DNA of 64,000 nucleotides from Rickettsiaceae bacterium. GTDB lineage: Bacteria; Pseudomonadota; Alphaproteobacteria; Rickettsiales; Rickettsiaceae. Every line of letters begins with the position of its first letter. Position 1 is the stretch's first letter. Location: the NCBI GenBank assembly GCA_033761815.1, contig JANRMF010000070.1:1304-65303 (forward strand), written 5' to 3'. The position numbers were made by a program, and so were the translations under genes. Shown one piece after another: positions 28,703 to 38,250 of the stretch. The notes below the pieces were generated by a model that did not search any database, had not been told where the DNA came from, and was given only the letters and a program-made list of their open reading frames with translations.

Positions 28703-29329
28703 ATGAAAAACCTCACCATCTATAATATCAGACAAATTTTTTTCGCAAAAAATTCGCTAACTCTTATTTTGCTATCTTCTCTTATTGCTCTTATTTCACT
28801 CTATATAATGAATGATGCGGAGAAGCTAGGCGCATTAATCCCTTCTTTGGTGGTCATTTTTCCAATTACTTATGTTAATTGCCTTATTGATAATATTTTT
28901 AAGCATGACAAAGAAAGAGGTATTTTAGATTTCCATCTAATTTCCCATGAAAAAACACAAGTAATTTTGGCAAAATTCCTCTGTATTTTGGCATTAACCT
29001 TCTCTTGCTCTTTGTGCATTATTATAATTTCATACTTTATCTCCTCCTTAAATTTATCTTTTGTTCAAAATATTACCTTGGCATTTATACCACTTTTTAT
29101 TTGCTCAAGCGCAGTTCTGACCACGCTCGGGGCGATTAATTTATATTTTGATAATAGATCAAACCTAATATCAGCACTAATTATACCATTTATTTTCCCA
29201 TCACTAATACTTTACGGAATATTTATTGAAAATAATAACCCAAAATATTTTTTTATTTCCTGCGGCGTAGCTTTTATTCTTGTTCCAATATCTATTTACT
29301 TAACAAATATACTTATGACTGAGGAATGA
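28703..29329 (+). CDS. ccmB: Heme exporter membrane protein CcmB
   Basis: 208 aa, six hydrophobic helices, directly after ccmA. Confidence 0.65.
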   Translation: MKNLTIYNIRQIFFAKNSLTLILLSSLIALISLYIMNDAEKLGALIPSLVVIFPITYVNCLIDNIFKHDKERGILDFHLISHEKTQVILAKFLCILALTFSCSLCIIIISYFISSLNLSFVQNITLAFIPLFICSSAVLTTLGAINLYFDNRSNLISALIIPFIFPSLILYGIFIENNNPKYFFISCGVAFILVPISIYLTNILMTEE

Positions 29330-29447
29330 TGACTCTCTTTATGCGTCAGCAAAACAACAATGCTAATATATCTTATATATTCTCTGCATAAAAGGATATA
29401 CAATCAGTGAAAATTAGTGCAATCTTGTAAAGTAGAATAAAAAGAAT

Positions 29448-30401
29448 TTGTTTATGCCGTTAGTGAGAAAATTTGGCAAAATCGCGAACAATACTATATT
29501 AAATCCTAATACTGGTAATAAATTTCATACCTCTATCCAGCATGCTTTTTCCGATATATCAAATATTCCATCAACTTTAAGCGCAGTATTAAAAAAAGAT
29601 GTTGGAGTGGCCTTGAGTCCGGAATTAGCAGCAATATCAGAATCCGCAAGCAAGCACAAAGGCTTTGTTCAAGGAGCCATAAGCCCTCAATTGCAAAGCA
29701 TATCTAAATCCGCAAAAGGATATATAGATGAAGCAAAAAGTTTAGCAAATATGCAGTTAAAAAATGTCCATGTGGCGCTCCAAAGTAAGGTAAAAAATTT
29801 CTCAAAAGATTCTATTTTAGCGCAAGACGTTGCGTCCATTGTCAATGAAGCTCTGAACAAATCTCATCAGTTTATATCTGATACAATAGGGGCTAGGCCA
29901 GGGGATGAATTATCTATTATGGGTAATGCTTTAAAATTCTCAACACGAACTAATGAGCCAGGAGATGAATTATCTATTCTGGGTAATACTGCAAAATCCT
30001 CAAATCCTTCCATATCTATTGCCGCGGATATTATATTAGTGGGAAAATTGAGAAACCATTTTATGGAGGCGTATAAAGAAGGTGTAAACAACCCAGAAAA
30101 ACCTCTAGATGTTGACTATATTTTGGCTCAAGCCTATAAGCCAACTTTGAATCAAATAAATGCTGCACAGAGCGCAATAAAAAGCGGAGATTATGAGGCA
30201 GCATTCAATAAATTCTTTCTTTTGAGTCTAGAAGGAATGAACCCACTTTTGGCAGCTGCAAAAGCAGCAAAGTTTGGTGTAGCAGGTGTTGCAGGAAATG
30301 TTCTGGGTACTACAGTTGGCGCTGTCCTTAAGGATTCGTGGGTAGAGCGGGAAAAAGCAAAACAGGAAGCTTCTAAACTACTTCAACAAAATACAAAATA
30401 A
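29448..30401 (+). CDS. Orphan protein with an internal 20-aa tandem repeat and a C-terminal glycine zipper
   Basis: PGDELSIMGNALKFS / PGDELSILGNTAKSS repeat. C-terminal AAAKAAKFGVAGVAGNVLGTTVGAVL. Confidence 0.5.
   Translation: MFMPLVRKFGKIANNTILNPNTGNKFHTSIQHAFSDISNIPSTLSAVLKKDVGVALSPELAAISESASKHKGFVQGAISPQLQSISKSAKGYIDEAKSLANMQLKNVHVALQSKVKNFSKDSILAQDVASIVNEALNKSHQFISDTIGARPGDELSIMGNALKFSTRTNEPGDELSILGNTAKSSNPSISIAADIILVGKLRNHFMEAYKEGVNNPEKPLDVDYILAQAYKPTLNQINAAQSAIKSGDYEAAFNKFFLLSLEGMNPLLAAAKAAKFGVAGVAGNVLGTTVGAVLKDSWVEREKAKQEASKLLQQNTK
29898..30005 (+). repeat. Tandem repeat with a 60-bp period, about 1.8 copies
   Basis: CCAGG(G/A)GATGAATTATCTATT(A/C)TGGGTAAT... begins at 29898 and again at 29958. 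Confidence 0.7.
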
Positions 30402-30411
30402 TAAATATAAT

Positions 30412-30846
30412 ATGGCAGATTCAGAGAATAGAGCAGGTACACAAAATTTAGATACAAAAATTCAGAAGGATTTGGGTGTATATGTAGCCTCTATCTTGAA
30501 TGAGCTAAATTCAATATTTGGAGATGATAAAGAGAGTTTATATAAATATCTCTTGATAGCATCAGAAGATCCGGATTACAAAAACTCTCTCAATATTATA
30601 CATCAGCAAATTCAGAAAAATAGCCCCGAAACATATGAGCAGGAAAAAGATATATTAGATACGATAAATGATAATGTTTATGCCTTAGGATCCCTAGCAA
30701 ATGGAGATTTAGACTATGTAAACCAAATTGGCCTTGCGGGTAGGGATGATCTGAATGATTATGAAATGGGCATAATTTCCACTTCAACGAAATTAATGCT
30801 ATTTCAAGTTGTAGACGTGAATTTAGATAATTCCCGATCAAATTAA
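30412..30846 (+). CDS. Small acidic orphan protein
   Basis: 144 aa, 10 nt after the preceding orphan gene. No recognisable motif. Confidence 0.45.
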   Translation: MADSENRAGTQNLDTKIQKDLGVYVASILNELNSIFGDDKESLYKYLLIASEDPDYKNSLNIIHQQIQKNSPETYEQEKDILDTINDNVYALGSLANGDLDYVNQIGLAGRDDLNDYEMGIISTSTKLMLFQVVDVNLDNSRSN

Positions 30847-30927
30847 CCTTGAGATAACTATTGCTCTTAATTTCCTATTGACTAAATGCCATCATTTGAT
30901 AGTTTATAGCCAAAAAGTGAAAATAAA

Positions 30928-31362
30928 ATGAGTTTAGAGACAATTCAGCATCAAGCTGGCGAAGATTCAATTAGTGATGCAACTGGTGTATCCTCAGATA
31001 ATAGCCCTAAGTCTAGTTCTGCAACCCTGGTGGCCGATAGTGATCCTGAATATATAGCTGAAAGTCCTAAATCTGATGCTGTTTGGACAAGTTTTGTTCC
31101 GCTCCTCATCATTTTTGCTGTTTTTTATTTTTTGCTTATCAGGCCCCAAGAGCAAAAAAGAAAAGAACAAGAAACGCTTATAAGCTCTGTGAAAAAGGGC
31201 GAAGATGTAATCACTACTGGTGGCATTTTTGGAAAAGTTGTGAAAGTTAGCGATAATGAACAGTCTGTGATCTTAGAAATCGCAGAAAAAGTGAATATTA
31301 AAATTCTTAAGTCCGCTATTTTAGAAATTACTAGCCGCGTTAAAAAGGAAGTCAAAAAGTGA
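30928..31362 (+). CDS. yajC: Preprotein translocase subunit YajC with a roughly 50-aa N-terminal extension
   Basis: FVPLLIIFAVFYFLLIRPQEQKRKEQ...GDVITTGGIFGKVVKV. Confidence 0.75.
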   Translation: MSLETIQHQAGEDSISDATGVSSDNSPKSSSATLVADSDPEYIAESPKSDAVWTSFVPLLIIFAVFYFLLIRPQEQKRKEQETLISSVKKGEDVITTGGIFGKVVKVSDNEQSVILEIAEKVNIKILKSAILEITSRVKKEVKK

Positions 31363-31437
31363 CAAATTCATTATAGAGTTTGCCAGTCTTACATTTTGCT
31401 TGAATCTGTCGAGATTCATTGAATTCAGGAGAAAAAG

Positions 31438-34008
31438 ATGAAAAAATGCCTTATTATAGATTCATACGGCTTTATTTTTCGTGCGTTTTATGTTCAGCCA
31501 TCATTAACAAATAAAGAAGGAGAGTCAGTTGGTGCCATATATGGTTTTTCCTCTATGCTGCTAAAGTTATTGCAGGAGCAAAAGCCAACTCATGTTGTTG
31601 CTGTTTTTGATACTGGTGGGCCGAATTTTCGCCATAAAATATATCCAGAATATAAAAGTAACAGACCTCAATTACCACAGGAATTAATTTCTCAGTTTCC
31701 TTTAACAAGGCATGTTGCAGAGGCCTTTAATCTGATGCAAGCAGAAGTAAATGGGTATGAGGCAGATGATGTTATTGCATCTATTGCAAGGTGCGCACAA
31801 AGGGCAGGGGAGGAGGTCGTTGTTGTATCCGCAGATAAAGATCTTGCTCAATTGATGAGTGAGGGGGTGAAAATTTTTGATCCTATGAAGGGAAAAACTC
31901 TTAGCGCTGAAGATATTTATGATAAATTTGGGGTGGAGCCTGCAAAAATTCGGGATGTTCTCGCGCTTCGCGGTGACTCTTCTGATAATATTCCTGGAGT
32001 GCCAGGTTTTGGACCTAAAACAGCAGCAGAGTTAATTGCGCAATTTGGCAGTTTTGACGAATTGTGCAAGAATTACGACCAAATTAAATCCCCAAGAAAA
32101 AAGCAAATATTCCAGGAAAATATTGAAAAAGCCAAATTATCTTATGAGTTAGTCAGGCTTGAGGAGAATATTGATCTGAATTTTCAAATGGAGGATGCTC
32201 TATGGCAAAAACCCCCAAAGGAAAAGCTACTTCACTTCATTGAAAAACATGGTTTTAAATCATTAACACAGCGCGCTATAAAGCTTCTAAATGATTCTGG
32301 TAATTCTACCGTACTAACTCCTGAAAAAGGGGGTTCAGACATCCTCCGTCAGTCAGTTCTTGATATTTCAGGAAATGGCTCTAATACGCCAAAAAATGCC
32401 AGCCCAATCCCTCATAATCTTGAAGATATTCTAATAAAAAATGGCTGGTGCTCTATATATCCGCATCATGATAGCATGATTATTTATGATGGAGCAAAAA
32501 TTTATCACCATACAAAAACCCCGCAAGACTTATCGAGCATCATGCAAAATGATGCGATTCAAAAAATTTTATATGACTCAAAAGAACTATATAAACACTT
32601 CGACATCATCAATTCTTATGACGATATCAGCCTTTTAGCATATGTTCTTGGAGCGGGCCAAAAAAAGGAAACGATCAACTCTCTTTTTATAAAGCATACA
32701 AAAATAGAGGCGCAAAACCCGGAAGAAATTTGTGCAAATATGCACCTATTAAGAGATGCACTAAAAACAACTTTGTTTGAAGAAAAGACATTAGACTTAT
32801 ATTTATCAATAGATTTGCCTATTTCCAGGATTCTTGCCAAAATTGAAAAAAACGGTGTATTAGTTGATTCTAAAAAATTGCATGAATTATCCAAGGAATT
32901 TGAGCTCGAGCTTACCATTACTCAAAAAAAAATCTTTGAGATAGCGGGTAGGGAGTTTAACATTGGCTCTCCCAAGCAGCTTGGAGAAGTTTTATTTGAA
33001 GAGCTAAAACTACCAGCTATTAAAAAAACAGGCAAAAGCGAAGCACTATCAACCAGCGCTGAGATATTAGAGGATCTTGCCTCTAATGGTTATGAGATTG
33101 CATCGTGCCTTCTATATTGGAGGCAAATTTCTAAACTAAAAAATACTTATAGTGATACTTTGCCAAAAATGGTAAACCCTCAAACTGGGAGAATACATAC
33201 CACTTTTAGCCAAACAACAACAGCAACAGGAAGGCTAAGCTCGCATGAGCCAAATTTGCAAAATATACCAGTCCGCACGCAAGAAGGCGAAAAAATTCGC
33301 AATAGTTTTATTGCCCCAAAAAACCATGTGCTTATATGCGCTGATTATTCGCAAGTGGAGCTTAGAATATTGGCGGAAATTGCCAATATTCCTGAGCTTA
33401 GGGAGGCATTTATTCACGGTGAGGATATTCATGCAAAAACAGCCAGCCAAATTTTCGGCATTAGCCTTCGCGATGTTACCCCTGAGTTACGCAGAAAGGC
33501 AAAAGCCATAAATTTTGGAATAATATATGGCATCAGCCCATTTGGCCTTAGTAAACAGCTAGGCATTACAAGAATTGATGCAGCAAAATATATAGAAAAA
33601 TATTTCAGCACTTACCCTGGAATTAGCGAATATATGAGAATCACAAAAGAATTTGCGGACAAACATGGTTATGTGGTAAATGAGATTGGCAGAAGATGTT
33701 ATTTGCCGCAGATACATAGTAAAAATTTCGCAGAAAAGAGCTTTGCTCAGAGAGCTGCAATCAATGCTCCAATTCAAGGATATGCATCGGATATAATAAA
33801 AATTTCCATGATCGAAATAGATAAAATTATCACCGAACGCAATTTATCCTGCAAAATGATTTTACAAATTCATGATGAGCTTGTTTTTGAGTGTCCAGAC
33901 AGTGAACTTGATCAAGCTGTAAGCCTTATAAAGAAAGCCATGGAAAATGCTGTGACATTTAACCCACATCTTAAGGTCAATATTGAAATTTCGTCATTTT
34001 GGAGTTGA
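31438..34008 (+). CDS. polA: DNA polymerase I
   Basis: 5'-nuclease N-terminus, and polymerase motifs A (DYSQVELRILA), B (RRKAKAINFGIIYG) and C (QIHDELVFE). Confidence 0.9.
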   Translation: MKKCLIIDSYGFIFRAFYVQPSLTNKEGESVGAIYGFSSMLLKLLQEQKPTHVVAVFDTGGPNFRHKIYPEYKSNRPQLPQELISQFPLTRHVAEAFNLMQAEVNGYEADDVIASIARCAQRAGEEVVVVSADKDLAQLMSEGVKIFDPMKGKTLSAEDIYDKFGVEPAKIRDVLALRGDSSDNIPGVPGFGPKTAAELIAQFGSFDELCKNYDQIKSPRKKQIFQENIEKAKLSYELVRLEENIDLNFQMEDALWQKPPKEKLLHFIEKHGFKSLTQRAIKLLNDSGNSTVLTPEKGGSDILRQSVLDISGNGSNTPKNASPIPHNLEDILIKNGWCSIYPHHDSMIIYDGAKIYHHTKTPQDLSSIMQNDAIQKILYDSKELYKHFDIINSYDDISLLAYVLGAGQKKETINSLFIKHTKIEAQNPEEICANMHLLRDALKTTLFEEKTLDLYLSIDLPISRILAKIEKNGVLVDSKKLHELSKEFELELTITQKKIFEIAGREFNIGSPKQLGEVLFEELKLPAIKKTGKSEALSTSAEILEDLASNGYEIASCLLYWRQISKLKNTYSDTLPKMVNPQTGRIHTTFSQTTTATGRLSSHEPNLQNIPVRTQEGEKIRNSFIAPKNHVLICADYSQVELRILAEIANIPELREAFIHGEDIHAKTASQIFGISLRDVTPELRRKAKAINFGIIYGISPFGLSKQLGITRIDAAKYIEKYFSTYPGISEYMRITKEFADKHGYVVNEIGRRCYLPQIHSKNFAEKSFAQRAAINAPIQGYASDIIKISMIEIDKIITERNLSCKMILQIHDELVFECPDSELDQAVSLIKKAMENAVTFNPHLKVNIEISSFWS

Positions 34009-34095
34009 TATATATCAAAATTTAGTTAATACTTAATATATAAATTAAGTAATTTGCTTAATTTATTTAATCAGTATAAATTTAGGAGGTGTATT

Positions 34096-34224
34096 ATGAA
34101 AATAGAAACATCAATAAATGTGAATAAAATTCAGACATCAGATTTAATCAAAAAAAATGAACTTAAAGTTCAAAAAACTCAGAAGAATATGCAGGATAAG
34201 GTAACCATATCCAGTCAGAAATAG
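34096..34224 (+). CDS. 42-aa ORF with a strong Shine-Dalgarno sequence
   Basis: AGGAGGTG lies 7 nt upstream of the ATG. Product MKIETSINVNKIQTSDLIKKNELKVQKTQKNMQDKVTISSQK, translated by hand. Confidence 0.3.
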   Translation: MKIETSINVNKIQTSDLIKKNELKVQKTQKNMQDKVTISSQK

Positions 34225-34264
34225 ATAATTGGTATATTCCCCGCCTTATCCACGCACGACTTAA

Positions 34265-36364
34265 TCAAACATCACCATCACAAGAATTTTGAGCCTTCCC
34301 TAATAACTTAAATTCGTCATATAAATTATCAATGCCCATATTTTCTGGTGTTGAAGAGTGAAGAGAGGGGCTTTCGTGAGCCTCTACATCACTTGCAAAA
34401 ACATAATCACTAGGAGCAGATTGCACATGGTGGAATTCTATCTGTTTATAAGCCGCCTTAGATGCTTTTTGGTGTCCGCCTATTCCGTCAATAACTATGA
34501 GGATCTCTCCTTTTGAATTTTTATAGATATTTTTTGACCAGGCCCTCGTGTTACCACCAACCTTAATCTCCACAAATTCCTCTCCCTTTGCATTCTTAAA
34601 GAATTTGAGTCCGTTTGAGCCGAATGATTTGCTGACAACGGTCTTTGCGGCATCTAAAAATTCCTTAGAAAGATTTAGAGATTTTTTTACGCAAAGATAG
34701 GAATTTTCCCTCCCTGAGATTTTGATAATGTGTTTCTGCTTCGCATGAAGAACAGATCCATCCTCAAGCAACCATGATGCAACATAACCTTGCCCTAATA
34801 CATTATTTGTATGTTTTTTTGCTAGAGCTTCTTTTTTTCTCTGGCAAAATTGGTGGAAATTTTGCTGGTCTAAGTCCCAGCTATTAATCTGGGCAAACTC
34901 TATTTCTTCCGGTGCGTTATCGCCGATTTCATTAGTCGAAGATCCTGAATCCTCCGAGTTTGTTCTGGAAGAGTCTGATGCGGCTATCTCATCTTGGCTA
35001 TATGAAGGCTTTAGGTTTTCCTCGCTACTTGCTCGCTCTTCTATTATTACTTTGCCTACATCATTCTGAATATCTGACAAGGCCCTACCTAGCCCCGATT
35101 CCTTGAGAACATCGACGGAGGTACGGGCGGTTTGATTAGGGCTAGAACCTTCGCTCTGACTATCAGATGTATCATCTGATGCATCTTCAGAATTATCTGA
35201 GATTGAGCTTGAGGGGAAAAACGCGTTCAAAATTAGGTCGGCAAGATCTTGATTGACTATTATTTTCCCGTTGCTTGACGATTTCTGTTTTTCAAATCCG
35301 CCCTGCAGATTTTCAAAATTATTTATCAATGCAAAGAGTTTTGATGGGTCATTTTGAATATCTGTAAGCTTTCTAATAGTAGAGGCTCTTTGATATAATA
35401 AAAGAGCTCTACCGTTAAAGGAGGAAGAAATGCGGAGTTGTTCGAGTTTCTCGCTAGCTCTTTCATAATCGTTTGCAAACTCTAAGAAAATAAACTCTTC
35501 AAAGTTGAAGGGTAGCATATCTGTTAAATTATAACCTCTTTGATCATAATATTCTTGTAATAATGCACACCCCTCCTCAAACAATCCACAATATCTAAAC
35601 ACTGGTAATACAATAGAAAGGCCTTGTGAGTAAGAGGATGGTATGGAATTTTTATCGATAGCGATTTTTAGATTAGTATATTTGATTAGGTCCTCTATAT
35701 TGTTGGTCTTGCCGGAGTAGTAGATCATGAAATTCAATTTTAACTCCCTCCCTCTTGGAGTTTTTGGGTGAATTGCAACTACAGAATCCTTCAAGTTTAA
35801 AATATCATTCCCGCCAAGAAAGATTTTAGTAGCAGCTATGAAGATATCCTTGTCCAAATGGGTCATTTTTCTTGCAACTAAAAGCGCGCCTGGTTCATTA
35901 TCATCTCGGTTATAATATTCCCAAAGCTTCTCCTGCACATCTTGATCCGAAGAATCAATCTCATATGCTTTTTTCATATATTCTATTGCTGTTTTTGTGT
36001 TGAAACTACTATGGGCGATTCCATAATTGTAATTTAGGTTAAATGTTGCAATTGCTATATCTTTCTTAAACTGGCCCCTAGGTTCTGGTGAATCTTGCGA
36101 GGTGTATCTGTCAATTAATTTTTTTATTAGATCGCAATCTTTTATCCCCTGTGCGAACCTACCGTCAAAAAGGGATTGCTGAAATTGAGCCTCAAGTGCG
36201 CCGCACTCATTTTGAAACTGTAGGTGTAATTCGTCATAAGAACGACCTTGGTTTTTTGGAGTTGCTGATTCTATGACTGAGCGAGAAACCACCATTTTGT
36301 TTTTTGGAGTAGGCTCAAGCGATGAAGTTTTTTTGGGTTGTTTAAATTTATATATTTTTGGCAT
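34265..36364 (-). CDS. Large orphan protein: helical N-terminal half, Ser/Asp-rich linker, RelE/ParE-like C-terminal region
   Basis: 699-aa ORF. The C-terminal FVEIKVGGNTRAW...ILIVIDGIGGHQKASKAAY resembles the RelE core strands. Confidence 0.55.
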   Translation of the reverse strand: MPKIYKFKQPKKTSSLEPTPKNKMVVSRSVIESATPKNQGRSYDELHLQFQNECGALEAQFQQSLFDGRFAQGIKDCDLIKKLIDRYTSQDSPEPRGQFKKDIAIATFNLNYNYGIAHSSFNTKTAIEYMKKAYEIDSSDQDVQEKLWEYYNRDDNEPGALLVARKMTHLDKDIFIAATKIFLGGNDILNLKDSVVAIHPKTPRGRELKLNFMIYYSGKTNNIEDLIKYTNLKIAIDKNSIPSSYSQGLSIVLPVFRYCGLFEEGCALLQEYYDQRGYNLTDMLPFNFEEFIFLEFANDYERASEKLEQLRISSSFNGRALLLYQRASTIRKLTDIQNDPSKLFALINNFENLQGGFEKQKSSSNGKIIVNQDLADLILNAFFPSSSISDNSEDASDDTSDSQSEGSSPNQTARTSVDVLKESGLGRALSDIQNDVGKVIIEERASSEENLKPSYSQDEIAASDSSRTNSEDSGSSTNEIGDNAPEEIEFAQINSWDLDQQNFHQFCQRKKEALAKKHTNNVLGQGYVASWLLEDGSVLHAKQKHIIKISGRENSYLCVKKSLNLSKEFLDAAKTVVSKSFGSNGLKFFKNAKGEEFVEIKVGGNTRAWSKNIYKNSKGEILIVIDGIGGHQKASKAAYKQIEFHHVQSAPSDYVFASDVEAHESPSLHSSTPENMGIDNLYDEFKLLGKAQNSCDGDV

Positions 36365-36498
36365 CTGGGTTTCCCCCTTTTTTTTGATATAAAGAATAGT
36401 AAAATATTAGATAAAAACAATTATAATTTATGACCTAGTCGTTTAATTGACGGAGTAGGGTGAGATTAAGCGTGATTTTTTCCTTTTTACACCAGAGT

Positions 36499-38250
36499 TT
36501 AATTAACAATTAAATCATATATACTAATTTGCGGAGATTGATTTCCCTGCCAATTATTAACTTTAATATTACATAAAACTGAGAGTTTTAGGGGCTTTTG
36601 AGATAAGAGCGCATCGGCAATTTGGGTCCCCAGCGCATTAAAACAAACCGCTCTTATTGGCTTTGTGCCAACCGCCTCTCTATCAGGAGCAAGTAAACAC
36701 ATAATATGTTTATTATTAGCAATATTTGCCTTTAGAACATATAGACCCTCAACCAGAATTATTGGCTCTTCATTTCCATTCCCATATGGCTCTAATGTTT
36801 CTATTTCTTTTGCAAGCTCAATTGTTACCCCGCCGGGGGAGACGATGGCATCATAGAATTTTCTATTATTTTCTTCCCCAAGATGAGAATCTACTCCTAT
36901 AGCATCATCAAAAAATGCTTTAAGCGCATCAATTTTCTCGATATCCACAACAAACCCTGCTGCCATAGCATGACCCCCGCCAGATGAAATTACCCCCAGC
37001 TCCTTCGCTTCTGAAATTTTATGCCCTAAATTAATCCCTTTGATAGATCTACAGGAGGCCTTGCCAATTCCAGACTCAACAGAAATAGCTATAGCTGGTT
37101 TCTGATATCTCTCTTTTAATTTTCCGGCAACAATCCCGATAACTCCCTGGTGCCAGTTTTCACTATGAACCAATATGTATGGCTTATCGTGCTGAGACTC
37201 AGCCATAATGACCGCCTCTTCGATTATTGCTTGCTCTATTAACTTACGTTCTTCGTTATATTGCTCAAGCTTGCTTGCCATTTGATATGCATCATCCATA
37301 TCTTTTGTTGAAAGCAAAAAAGATCCGAGGAATGATTCCCCAACTCTGCCTCCAGCATTAATCCTTGGCCCTATTATAAACCCAAGGTGATAGGCTGAAA
37401 ATTTACCATCTATTTTTCCAAATTCGGCAAGAAGTTTGATGCCAAGGTTATTTCCATTTGACATAATTTTGAGACCCTGAACAACAAACGCCCTATTTAT
37501 TCCAGTAACTGGCATCATGTCGCAGATTGTGCCAAGGGCGACAAGGTCAAGAAGTGTCATTAGATCTGGCTCCTGCCTTTGCCTAAAAAAATCCATGTTT
37601 CTTAGAATCCTTACAAGGCCAACGCTAAATAAAAAGCAAACACCAACAGCTGCAAGATATTTATATTCGGTCTCTTCATCAAACCTATTCGGATTTACAA
37701 TAGCATAAGCATCTGGCAATGTTATCTCGCTTAAATGATGATCTAGGATGATTAAATCAAGCCCAATTTCTTTTGCAAAGGATGCTGGGGCAAAAGCCGA
37801 TACTCCGCAATCAACGGTTATAACAAGATCCGCCCCCTCTTTTTTAAATTTTTGCATAGCTTCTATAGTTGGGCCATAACCCTCTTTAATCCTATCTGGT
37901 ATGTAAGCCTTGCATGATACTCCTAAATTCTCAAGTAGCCTTACCAAAAGAGCAGAAGAAGTAGCGCCGTCAACATCATAATCTCCAAAAATTATGATTT
38001 TCTCTTTTTTTTGAGCAGCCTCTGCAACTCTCTTGCAAGCTTTCTCCATATCTTTTAAATGAAATGGGTCTGGTAGCAAATCCCTTATTTTTGGGTGCAA
38101 AAAACTCATTACTTCAGATTCGGGTATCTCTCTTGAGACTATAATTCTTGCAAGAGTGTCTGAGATCTCAAAATCTTTTACATATTTATAAACGAGTCTC
38201 TCGTTTATATTCTTCTCGCTCCAGGTTCTACCCGATACTGAAATTGGCAT
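36499..38250 (-). CDS. recJ: Single-stranded-DNA-specific exonuclease RecJ
   Basis: DHH motifs (IFGDYDVDGATS, ITVDCG, ILDHH) and DHHA1 GGGHAMAAG. Confidence 0.9.
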   Translation of the reverse strand: MPISVSGRTWSEKNINERLVYKYVKDFEISDTLARIIVSREIPESEVMSFLHPKIRDLLPDPFHLKDMEKACKRVAEAAQKKEKIIIFGDYDVDGATSSALLVRLLENLGVSCKAYIPDRIKEGYGPTIEAMQKFKKEGADLVITVDCGVSAFAPASFAKEIGLDLIILDHHLSEITLPDAYAIVNPNRFDEETEYKYLAAVGVCFLFSVGLVRILRNMDFFRQRQEPDLMTLLDLVALGTICDMMPVTGINRAFVVQGLKIMSNGNNLGIKLLAEFGKIDGKFSAYHLGFIIGPRINAGGRVGESFLGSFLLSTKDMDDAYQMASKLEQYNEERKLIEQAIIEEAVIMAESQHDKPYILVHSENWHQGVIGIVAGKLKERYQKPAIAISVESGIGKASCRSIKGINLGHKISEAKELGVISSGGGHAMAAGFVVDIEKIDALKAFFDDAIGVDSHLGEENNRKFYDAIVSPGGVTIELAKEIETLEPYGNGNEEPIILVEGLYVLKANIANNKHIMCLLAPDREAVGTKPIRAVCFNALGTQIADALLSQKPLKLSVLCNIKVNNWQGNQSPQISIYDLIVN

